A stretch of 64,000 nt of DNA, taken from the NCBI GenBank assembly GCA_964016885.1, contig OZ024740.1:441130001-441194000 (forward strand). The letters run 5' to 3'. The DNA is from Eledone cirrhosa (lineage: Eukaryota). The notes beneath the pieces were generated by a model. That model did not search any database, was not told the origin of the DNA, and saw only the letters and a program-made list of their open reading frames with translations. Shown in pieces: positions 8,609 through 18,400 of the stretch; position 1 is the stretch's first letter, and each line of letters opens with the position of its first letter. Position numbers and translations under genes: made by a program.

Positions 8609-10705
8609 TTACCGTATTTTTGGTAGAGGAGGGATGGTTTTTACATCCCTTTTCACTTGATCGTCTGGTGAAGGGACCGTTGAATCGTCCCTTCGGCTGG
8701 TCGTCGGCTCTTCTAAGAGAATGTCTGAATATACTCTTCGATTAATGGTTCCTCCTAGGTCCCTGAAATCACCAACTGCGTTGGGGAATTTCGTTTTAAT
8801 GTTTGTGTATTGTTTCTGTGCTATTTTTAGCAGTCTTATGTTAGTTGGCGTTTTGATTGGTGCTGGTATTATGTAGTCCTGTTGTGAAATGTCTGTGTGT
8901 TCAATTATGTAAGTCATTAGTTTCTTGTTGTGTGTGTTTATTGCCGTGCATTTGTTTTTCTGGGGGTGGGGTGTGGTTCTGCTATTTTCTTGTCGTTGTT
9001 GCTGGGTGTGTGTGTTTTGTTGTTGTGTTTGCGATGTTGGTGCTTGTGGTGGTGGTGTTGAAGGTGTTGTTGGCGGTGGGGTTGTCGCCGGTGGTGATGG
9101 TGGTGCTGGTGTGGGTGGTGATGGTGTTGGTGGTGTTGCTGCTGTGGGTCTCTTTGCAGTAGACTTTACCCTTTTCTCCTTTCTTTCCTCCCTTTTCAAA
9201 GGCGACGATGCGCTGCTTCTGCGTTTGTGCCTTCTTACGACCTTTTGCCATCTCTCTCCCACCTCACACTCCATGTCTGATTCTGTGAGGTCGGGGAGGG
9301 GTACCAACTCCACTCTTTCACTTGTTGTTGTTGGTGATGTTTGCACTGGAGTCTCTGTTGCAGCTGCATTTGGTATTGCTGTTGTTGTTGTTAGTATTTC
9401 CACTGCTGCTGCTGTTTTTGATTTCCGTGGAGTGGGTATGGGTGCCACGGGCCTATCGTTCCTGGTTGCCGCTTGTCCTGTTGCTGGTAGCCGTGGAGCC
9501 GGATTCGGAAGGAGGGGGGTTTTCTCCTTTCTCAGGGTCTTCTCGTTGCAGAAGGCCCTGAGGTGAGTCTTCGATCCACAGCGAAAGCATTTCGGGCGTT
9601 TGCCCTCAACACTTATGGGCAGTTGAGTGCCGTTATCGAAGTCTATCACATCCGGGATAGCTTCGATGCACTCCTGGTTGGTTTGGATTAGCATCTCAAT
9701 GGAGGAGCCGACCCAATCTTCTCTTACTTTTTTCTGTACTTGCAGTACAGTTGTTTTGTCCTCGATTCCGACGAGGACAGACGCGGCCAGCCAAGAAGGG
9801 GTCATTCCGGGGGGGACGTGGGTCAGTTTGACCCTCACAATTTTTTGCCCACAGTAGGAGGGCACCAACACCATTTCCTCGCTCCTTAGGGTCACTACTG
9901 ATTGGGCCTTTGCCTCCTGGGGTGTGGCAAAAAGTACGTCTACGGTGGCATATTTTTTGCCTCGGGTGATGTGCGTTTTCCGCTGCCACACAGACCCCAA
10001 GGCTTTTTGTATTTGGGCCTCTGTGGCTCTTTCCACCCTACGGGATTTTGTACTTACTGTACGGTACGTGACCGTACAGTGCTCTTGGGTTTCGAAAAAA
10101 TTTTTCGCTGCCTTGCAGATTGCTCGGTGTCCGTTCTTTGTCACCATCTTCTTCGCTTCCTCTAATTCCTCATTTGTTATGAGGATTGTTTCCAAATTTT
10201 TCGCAATACCTGCAAATGAGATTGGTTTTTCTCTGCTGTTGTTGTTGTCGTCAGAGCTGCTGGTACTTTTGTTGTTGCTGCAGGTACTACGACTACTGCC
10301 TCCGCCGCTGTTGCTGTGGTTGTTGTTGGTGTTGCTGCTGCTAATGCTGTTGTTGTTTATGCTGCTGGTGATGCTGTTGCGGCTGCTACTGTTGTTTTCA
10401 TTGTCACTGTTGCTGTTGTTATTACGGCTGCTACTGCTATTATTCCTGACGTCAGACGTATGAACTGGGTTTTCGTATTTCCCGCACACCTGTTTCGTCG
10501 CTGTCGTCGTCGTCGTGGAGAAACCTTGCACGCTTTGCACGAGACTTTTCTTTTCTTTCGTCGCTTGCGAAAGAGAAGGGAGGGAGAGAGACACATTTAA
10601 AGAAGGGAGGGAGAGAGACAATCTTCTCTCTGCTGTAGTGATGATTGAGGAAGAAGAAGACGGAATGAGTGGGAGTGACGTATGAAATTTCTTTTTGGTA
10701 GCCAT
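8609..10705 (-). CDS. LINE ORF1 gag-like protein with CCHC zinc knuckle
   Basis: Same protein as 2529-4625 with a few substitutions. Confidence 0.88.
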   Translation of the reverse strand: MATKKKFHTSLPLIPSSSSSIITTAERRLSLSLPSLNVSLSLPSLSQATKEKKSLVQSVQGFSTTTTTATKQVCGKYENPVHTSDVRNNSSSSRNNNSNSDNENNSSSRNSITSSINNNSISSSNTNNNHSNSGGGSSRSTCSNNKSTSSSDDNNNSREKPISFAGIAKNLETILITNEELEEAKKMVTKNGHRAICKAAKNFFETQEHCTVTYRTVSTKSRRVERATEAQIQKALGSVWQRKTHITRGKKYATVDVLFATPQEAKAQSVVTLRSEEMVLVPSYCGQKIVRVKLTHVPPGMTPSWLAASVLVGIEDKTTVLQVQKKVREDWVGSSIEMLIQTNQECIEAIPDVIDFDNGTQLPISVEGKRPKCFRCGSKTHLRAFCNEKTLRKEKTPLLPNPAPRLPATGQAATRNDRPVAPIPTPRKSKTAAAVEILTTTTAIPNAAATETPVQTSPTTTSERVELVPLPDLTESDMECEVGERWQKVVRRHKRRSSASSPLKREERKEKRVKSTAKRPTAATPPTPSPPTPAPPSPPATTPPPTTPSTPPPQAPTSQTQQQNTHTQQQRQENSRTTPHPQKNKCTAINTHNKKLMTYIIEHTDISQQDYIIPAPIKTPTNIRLLKIAQKQYTNIKTKFPNAVGDFRDLGGTINRRVYSDILLEEPTTSRRDDSTVPSPDDQVKRDVKTIPPLPKIR

Positions 10706-10916
10706 GTTTTTTTGTTTAAAATGAAATTTTGGGTACAAAACCCCAATAACTGGTTATTTAACCCCGAAGGGCCAAATAACGGACAGAAAGACCCCTCTCA
10801 CGAGGAGGAGGGTGTCTTTATCAACAATTTGGTTCAAGTTTTAAACAATTTACAATTGTTTTAACGGTTAAAAATTACTATACCTTACAGAGCCGAGCCT
10901 CCGTCAACCATGGCAT

Positions 10917-12872
10917 TCAATAATAATAATAATAATAGCAATAATAATAATAACGACACCAACAATAATTTGTGTATTGTTTCTGTGCTATTTTTAGCAG
11001 TCTTATGTTAGTTGGCGTTTTGATTGGTGCTGGTATTATGTAGTCCTGTTGTGAAATGTCTGTGTGTTCAATTATGTAAGTCATTAGTTTCTTGTTGTGT
11101 GTGTTTATTGCCGTGCATTTGTTTTTCTGGGGGTGGGGTGTGGTTCTGCTATTTTCTTGTCGTTGTTGCTGGGTGTGTGTGTTTTGTTGCTGTGTTTGCG
11201 ATGTTGGTGCTTGTGGTGGTGGTGTTGAAGGTGTTGTTGGCGGTGGGGTTGTCGCCGGTGGTGATGGTGGTGCTGGTGTGGGTGGTGATGGTGTTGGTGG
11301 TGTTGCTGCTGTGGGTCTCTTTGCAGTAGACTTTACCCTTTTCTCATTTCTTTCCTCCCTTTTCAAAGGCGACGATGCGCTGCTTCTGCGTTTGTGCCTT
11401 CTTGAGACCTTTTGCCATCCCTCTCCCACCTCACACTCCATGTCTGATTCTGTAAGGTCGGGGAGGGGTACCAGCTCCACTCTTTCACTTGTTGTTGTTG
11501 GTGATGTTTGCACTGGAGTCTCTGTTGCAGCTGCATTTGGTATTGCTGTTGTTGTTGTTAATATTTCCACTGCTGCTGCTGTCTTTGATTTCCGTGGAGT
11601 GGGTATGGGTGCCACGGACCTATCGTTCCTGGTTGCCGCTTGTCCTGTTGCTGGTAGCCGTGGAACCGGATTCGGGAGGAGGGGGGTTTTCTCCTTTCTC
11701 AGGGTCTTCTCGTTGCAGAAGGCCCTGAGGTGAGTCTTCGATCCACAGCGAAAGCATTTCGGGCGTTTGCCCTCAACACTTATGGGCAGTTGAGTGCCGT
11801 TATCGAAGTCTATCACATCCGGGATAGCTTCGATGCACTCCTGGTTGGTTTGGATTAGCATCTCAATGGAGGAGCCGACCCAATCTTCTCTTACTTTTTT
11901 CTGTACTTGCAGTACAGTTGTTTTGTCCTCGATTCCGACGAGGACAGACGCGGCCAGCCAAGAAGGGGTCATTCCGGGGGGGACGTGGGTCAGTTTGACC
12001 CTCACAATTTTTTGCCCACAGTAGGAGGGCACCAACACCATTTCCTCGCTCCTTAGGGTCACTACTGATTGGGCCTTTGCCTCCTGGGGTGTGGCAAAAA
12101 GTACGTCTACGGTGGCATATTTTTTGCCTCGGGTGATGTGCGTTTTCCGCTGCCACACAGACCCCAAGGCTTTTTGTATTTGGGCCTCTGTGGCTCTTTC
12201 CACCCTACGGGATTTTGTACTTACTGTACGGTACGTGACCGTACAGTGCTCTTGGGTTTCGAAAAAATTTTTCGCTGCCTTGCAGATTGCTCGGTGTCCG
12301 TTCTTTGTCACCATCTTCTTCGCTTCCTCTAATTCCTCATTTGTTATGAGGATTGTTTCCAAATTTTTCGCAATACCTGCAAATGAGATTGGTTTTTCTC
12401 TGCTGTTGTTGTTGTCGTCAGAGCTGCTGGTACTTTTGTTGTTGCTGCAGGTACTACGACTACTGCCTCCGCCGCTGTTGCTGTGGTTGTTGTTGGTGTT
12501 GCTGCTGCTAATGCTGTTGTTGTTTATGCTGCTGGTGATGCTGTTGCGGCTGCTACTGTTGTTTTCATTGTCACTGTTGCTGTTGTTATTACGGCTGCTA
12601 CTGCTATTATTCCTGACGTCAGACGTATGAACTGGGTTTTCGTATTTCCCGCACACCTGTTTCGTCGCTGTCGTCGTCGTCGTGGAGAAACCTTGCACGC
12701 TTTGCACGAGACTTTTCTTTTCTTTCGTCGCTTGCGAAAGAGAAGGGAGGGAGAGAGACACATTTAAAGAAGGGAGGGAGAGAGACAATCTTCTCTCTGC
12801 TGTAGTGATGATTGAGGAAGAAGAAGACGGAATGAGTGGGAGTGACGTATGAAATTTCTTTTTGGTAGCCAT
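10917..12872 (-). pseudogene. 3'-truncated ORF1 of copy 3, reading into the (AAT)n linker
   Basis: Matches ORF1 up to QKQYTN, then reads YCWCRYYYYCYYYYYY* from the linker. Confidence 0.8.
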
Positions 12873-13085
12873 GTTTTTTTGTTTAAAATGAAATTTTGGG
12901 TACAAAACCCCAATAACTGGTTATTTAACCCCGAAGGGCCAAATAACGGACAGAAAGACCCCTCTCACGAGGAGGAGGGTGTCTTTATCAACAATTTGGT
13001 TCAAGTTTTAAACAATTTACAATTGTTTTAACGGTTAAAAATTACTATACCTTACAGAGCCGAGCCTCCGTCAACCATGGCATTC
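10970..13085 (-). mobile_element. Tx1/L1-clade LINE copy 3: 5' UTR plus most of ORF1 only (3913 bp missing)
   Basis: Offset to copy 2 is 2167 bp instead of 6080. The junction aacaataat|ttgtgtattg joins the linker to the interior of ORF1. Confidence 0.92.
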
Positions 13086-13139
13086 AATAATAATAATAAT
13101 AATAGCAATAATAATAATAACGACACCAACAATAATGAT
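13086..13139. repeat. Outer copy of the 54-bp (AAT)n linker
   Basis: Identical to 4839-4892; unrelated flanking sequence begins at 13140. Confidence 0.85.
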
Positions 13140-13149
13140 ATACATATTG

Positions 13150-13211
13150 ATATATATATACACACACACGCACGCACATAAGCATATCTACACACACACA
13201 CACACACACAC
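13150..13211. repeat. (TA)n/(CA)n microsatellites
   Basis: Directly visible dinucleotide runs. Confidence 0.9.
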
Positions 13212-13219
13212 GATAGCAA

Positions 13220-13300
13220 CTAACAGTGCTGCGATCGAATGTGGCTTTTTAGCCCAGCCAATGATCTAAAATGTCTTGCACAGAGTCGGCAACCAAAACA
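13220..13300 (-). mobile_element. Possible 3'-end remnant of an RTE-type LINE (C2H2-like terminal motif)
   Basis: Translates FGCRLCARHFRSLAGLKSHIRSQHC*, resembling the C-terminal CxxC-R-S-GL-SH-R motif of RTE-clade ORFs; flanked by microsatellites. Confidence 0.45.
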
Positions 13301-13303
13301 TTC

Positions 13304-13438
13304 ACATACATACATACATACATACATACATACATACATACATACATACATACATGTATACATACATGCATGTATGCATGCATGCATGCATGTATGTATG
13401 TATGTATGTATGTATGTATGTATGTATGTATGTATGTA
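13304..13438. repeat. Inverted (CATA)n ... (TATG)n tetranucleotide microsatellite
   Basis: About 12 CATA units, a CATG-rich centre, then about 12 TATG units (the reverse complement). Confidence 0.9.
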
Positions 13439-13538
13439 CATACATTGTAAAGCTATTTATATACCGGTCTTTCTAAACAAAGAAACGAAACACTGTTGTT
13501 AATTTTAAAAACTTATTTTAGATGAACATTGTTCACTA

Positions 13539-13612
13539 GCCGTGGTGGTTAAGGCGTTGGACTAGAAATCCAATGGGTGTTACCCGCGTAGGTTCGAATC
13601 CTGTCCGCAGCG
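13539..13612 (+). pseudogene. tRNA-Ser pseudogene (anticodon AGA), 8-bp deletion in the D arm/A box
   Basis: GCCGTGGTGG[CCGAGTGG missing]TTAAGGCGTTGGACTAGAAATCCAATGGGTGTTACCCGCGTAGGTTCGAATCCTGTCCGCAGCG; 74 nt versus 82 nt for the array gene; T-rich tract downstream. Confidence 0.85.
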
Positions 13613-13759
13613 AACTTCATTTATTTTTTATTTGTTTACTTTCTAGCAAGCAAGAAATTCATTTTATAACTATGTGACAGGTATGGTGTTTCCCAACCAC
13701 AAGTATATGGTCCAGACGTGGAAGAGCCGAACTCCCACTGTCAACGCTTCCATTTCTCT

Positions 13760-14880
13760 CACCCTCCTCATCTCTCTGTATTGTTAGCAAATGGGGTCCC
13801 ACGTGCTGGCCTCCCCACAGCCCCGGAGGATGGGAAAGGAGACGCGCTAGAAAAGGCATTCCATCTCGCGACGCTCAAGCCTGCAGCTGGCCAGCTCAGG
13901 GCCTATGGTGGTGAGTAGGGAGGTAGCCCTAGGGCAGAGGACACCAGAAGTCTCCACTGCCAAGAGCACGACCGCAAACCTGTCGGAGAGCGCCCGGTAT
14001 TTGGAGAGTTTAGCCTCCTCAGCCCGACGTGCAGCAGAACCTGGGTTAGTCGCAGACAACACCAGGTTGCGGCTGAAGAAAGTGTCGCTGCAAATGACAT
14101 CCCAGACGAGGGGTTTACCACCGCGGAACGGGAAGATGGTCATACCGTTTGGCGTTTTGTCGTCCCGTCGGTCCAGCCCTACCAGCTCGAGCTGGGAGGG
14201 GAAGCCTTCAACATCCAAGCCATGCTTTCTGACCTCGTTGAGGGCAGCTGGCGTGGAAGGTGGTCGGCACTGTTTTGACAGGGAAGTGGGTGAAGGCCGA
14301 AAGAGTCTACGGGGGTGAATTGACAGCGACATTTATATCGCTCGCAGATCCGGAGGCCAAGCCTCAGGGAAACACCAATGTGCAAGCGGCTATCGTTATG
14401 CAGCTGTGTGCCAGTGGAGAAGGAGAGCAAGACATGGAGCCAGGCACCACTGTGGGGTTTGAAGGCCGCGCGAAAACAGACAAGTCGGTGCTGGTCGAGC
14501 TGGCGCGTGAGCCTGTCTGAGGCCAGGCTGCATTGGATGGCATCCCAAATGCTTTGGTGGGACGTGACGGCAGCAGGGGGATAAGGAGGAGGGATGTCTA
14601 GTGGGCTAAGTCCCAGCCGGTCCCACGTCTCACAGGCGGCCTCACGTTCCCCAATTACAGTGGGTTCCATTTTGTTTGGGAGAACCCTGCTGACTAGGAC
14701 GCGGCATGAGGTTACCGACGAAAGAAACGCTGGCAAAGCCAGTGAGATTGGGAACCGGAAGCCAAGGCCACCATATCTGACAGGTAAAGTGACCTGTTAC
14801 CATCCAATGTCGTTAAACCTGACGTTGCATATCTCCTCGGCTGCCACTTAGATACAAGTATCGAGGTCAGCGAGGAGAGA
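13760..14880 (-). mobile_element. Degenerate CRE-like non-LTR retrotransposon fragment (post-RT region, CCHC, restriction-like endonuclease)
   Basis: Minus-strand translation shows QVTLPVRYGGLG..LALPAFLSS, HSGAWL, VSLRLG..CRC..D.FGLH.L.C, DKTPNG (decayed KRPDG), GKPLVWDV.C.DT, AEEAKLSKY and AVETSG, interrupted by stops and a frameshift. Confidence 0.8.
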
Positions 14881-14959
14881 TCAGTGGCTGGTTATAACCA
14901 GAGTATTGGTAATTCCAATATCAATTATTATTATATCCAATTTCGGTGATATATTCCAG

Positions 14960-15172
14960 GAGCTCTGAATTTGCAATAGAATCGGTAGAGCATCAGACGC
15001 CATGATTTATCGCATAGAACATTATCGCCCTTTAGCATTCCAAGTTCAAATCCTACCCAGATTAGCTTTCCTTTTCATCCTTACGGGGTCAATAATAAAG
15101 TACCAGTAACACACTGGTGTCGATTTGATCGACTTATACCTGCCCAAAATATTGCTGGCCTTGTGTCTTTTA
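14960..15172 (+). mobile_element. tRNA-derived SINE (octopus-type), copy 1
   Basis: B-box-like gttcaaatcc and core ttttcatccttacggggtcaataataaagtaccag; homologous to the adjacent copy. Family assignment is from recall. Confidence 0.7.
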
Positions 15173-15184
15173 TTATATTCAATT

Positions 15185-15372
15185 GGTGGTAGATTGGCAG
15201 TATCGGTAGAAGGTCGGACGCTATGCTTTACCGCAGAGAGTTATGTCCCTTTACGGACTGAATTCAAATCCCGCCAAGGTTAACTTTGCCTTTCATCCTT
15301 ACGGGGTCAATATAATAAAGTACCAGTAATGTACTGGGGAAATTGCTGGCCCTGTGCCAAAAGTAGAAACAA
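15185..15372 (+). mobile_element. tRNA-derived SINE (octopus-type), copy 2
   Basis: A-box-like tggcagtatcgg, B-box-like attcaaatcc, core gcctttcatccttacggggtcaatataataaagtaccag, AT-rich tail. Confidence 0.7.
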
Positions 15373-15410
15373 TTATTATATCCAATTTCAATTCCATTTC
15401 TAAGTTCATA

Positions 15411-18400
15411 CCAATCCAAAGTGACCATATATATGTCAAATCAAGTGACCAATCCAAAGTGACCATGTATATGTCAAATCAAGTGACCAATCCAAAGTGA
15501 CCATATATATGTCAAATCAAGTGACCAATCCAAAGTGACCATGTACATGTCAAATCAAGTGACCAATCCAAAGTGACCATATATATGTCAAATCAAATGA
15601 CCAATTTAAAGTGACCATGTATATGTCAAATCAAGTGACCAATCCAAAGTGACCATGTGTATGTCAAATCAAGTGACCAATCCAAAGTGACCATGTATAT
15701 GTCAAATCAAGTGACCAATCCAAAGTGACCATATATATGTCAAATCAAGTGACCAATCCAAAGTGACCATGTATATGTCAAATCAAATGACCAATCCAAA
15801 GTGACCATGTATATGTCAAATCAAGTGACCAATCCAAAGTGACCATATATATGTCAAATCAAGTGACCAATCCAAAGTGACCATGTATATGTCAAATCAA
15901 ATGACCAATCCAAAGTGACCATGTATATGTCAAATCAAGTGACCAATCCAAAGTGACCATGTATATGTCAAATCAAGTGACCAATCCAAAGTGACCATGT
16001 GTATGTCAAATCAAGTGACCAATCCAAAGTGACCATATATATGTCAAATCAAGTGACCAATCCAAAGTGACCATATATATGTCAAATCAAGTGACCAATC
16101 CAAAGTGACCATGTACATGTCAAATCAAGTGACCAATCCAAAGTGACCATATATATGTCAAATCAAATGACCAATTTAAAGTGACCATGTATATGTCAAA
16201 TCAAGTGACCAATCCAAAGTGACCATGTGTATGTCAAATCAAGTGACCAATCCAAAGTGACCATGTATATGTCAAATCAAGTGACCAATCCAAAGTGACC
16301 ATATATATGTCAAATCAAGTGACCAATCCAAAGTGACCATGTATATGTCAAATCAAGTGACCAATCCAAAGTGACCATGTATATGTCAAATCAAGTGACC
16401 AATCCAAAGTGACCATGTGTATGTCAAATCAAGTGACCAATCCAAAGTGACCATATATATGTCAAATCAAGTGACCAATCCAAAGTGACCATATATATGT
16501 CAAATCAAGTGACCAATCCAAAGTGACCATGTACATGTCAAATCAAGTGACCAATCCAAAGTGACCATATATATGTCAAATCAAATGACCAATTTAAAGT
16601 GACCATGTATATGTCAAATCAAGTGACCAATCCAAAGTGACCATGTGTATGTCAAATCAAGTGACCAATCCAAAGTGACCATGTATATGTCAAATCAAGT
16701 GACCAATCCAAAGTGACCATATATATGTCAAATCAAGTGACCATTCCAAAGTGACCATGTATATGTCAAATCAAATGACCAATCCAAAGTGACCATGTAT
16801 ATGTCAAATCAAGTGACCAATCCAAAGTGACCATGTATATGTCAAATCAAGTGACCAATCCAAAGTGACCATGTACATGTCAAATCAAGTGACCAATCTA
16901 AAGTGACCATGTATATGTCAAATCAAGTGACCAATCCAAAGTGACCATGTATATGTCAAATCAAGTGACCAATCCAAAGTGACCATGTATATGTCAAATC
17001 AAGTGACCAATCCAAAGTGACCATGTACATGTCAAATCAAGTGACCAATCTAAAGTGACCATATATATGTCAAATCAAATGACCAATTTAAAGTGACCAT
17101 GTATATGTCAAATCAAGTGACCAATCCAAAGTGACCATGTGTATGTCAAATCAAGTGACCAATCCAAAGTGACCATGTATATGTCAAATCAAGTGACCAA
17201 TCCAAAGTGACCATATATATGTCAAATCAAGTGACCAATCCAAAGTGACCATGTATATGTCAAATCAAATGACCAATCCAAAGTGACCATGTATATGTCA
17301 AATCAAGTGACCAATCCAAAGTGACCATATATATGTCAAATCAAGTGACCAATCCAAAGTGACCATGTATATGTCAAATCAAATGACCAATCCAAAGTGA
17401 CCATGTATATGTCAAATCAAGTGACCAATCCAAAGTGACCATGTATATGTCAAATCAAGTGACCAATCCAAAGTGACCATGTGTATGTCAAATCAAGTGA
17501 CCAATCCAAAGTGACCATATATATGTCAAATCAAGTGACCAATCCAAAGTGACCATGTATATGTCAAATCAAGTGACCAATCCAAAGTGACCATATATAT
17601 GTCAAATCAAGTGACCAATCCAAAGTGACAATGTACATGTCAAATCAAGTGACCAATCCAAAGTGACCATATATATGTCAAATCAAATGACCAATTTAAA
17701 GTGACCATGTATATGTCAAATCAAGTGACCAATCCAAAGTGACCATGTGTATGTCAAATCAAGTGACCAATCCAAAGTGACCATGTATATGTCAAATCAA
17801 GTGACCAATCCAAAGTGACCATATATATGTCAAATCAAGTGACCAATCCAAAGTGACCATGTATATGTCAAATCAAGTGACCAATCCAAAGTGACCATGT
17901 ATATGTCAAATCAAGTGACCAATCCAAAGTGACCATATATATGTCAAATCAAATGACCAATCCAAAGTGACCATATATATGTCAAATCAAATGGCAATCC
18001 AAAGTGACCATGTATATGTCAAATCAAATGACCAATCCAAAGTGACCATATACATGTCAAATCAAATGACCAATCCAAAGTGACCATATATATGTCAAAT
18101 CAAGTGACCAATTTAAAGTGACCATGTATATGTCAAATCAAGTGACCAATCCAAAGTGACCATATATATGTCAAATCAAGTGACCATATATATGTCAACT
18201 CAAGTGACCAATCCAAAGTGACCATATATATGTCAAATCAAGTGACCAATCCAAAGTGACAATGTATATGTCAAATCAAATGACCAATCCAAAGTGACCA
18301 TATATATGTCAAATCAAATGACCAATCCAAAGTGACCATATATATATGTCAAATCAAATGACCAATCCAAAGTGACCATATACATGTCAAATCAAATGAC

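Larger units (their letters stand above)
4893..10918 (-). mobile_element. Tx1/L1-clade non-LTR retrotransposon, copy 2, full length and apparently intact
   Basis: 5' UTR of ~213 bp, ORF1, 35-bp spacer, ORF2, 3' UTR of ~260 bp ending in AATAAA (plus-strand tttatt at 4896-4901) directly followed by the linker. Confidence 0.95.

Noticed and set aside
89-13031. Many plus-strand and nested short ORFs over the LINE copies, including Leu/Val/Gly-rich 179- and 213-aa ORFs
   Set aside because: Antisense or alternative-frame shadows of ORF1/ORF2 and of trinucleotide low-complexity tracts; no recognisable domains.
13220-13502. HTYI/MYVC repeat ORFs
   Set aside because: Translations of tetranucleotide microsatellite.
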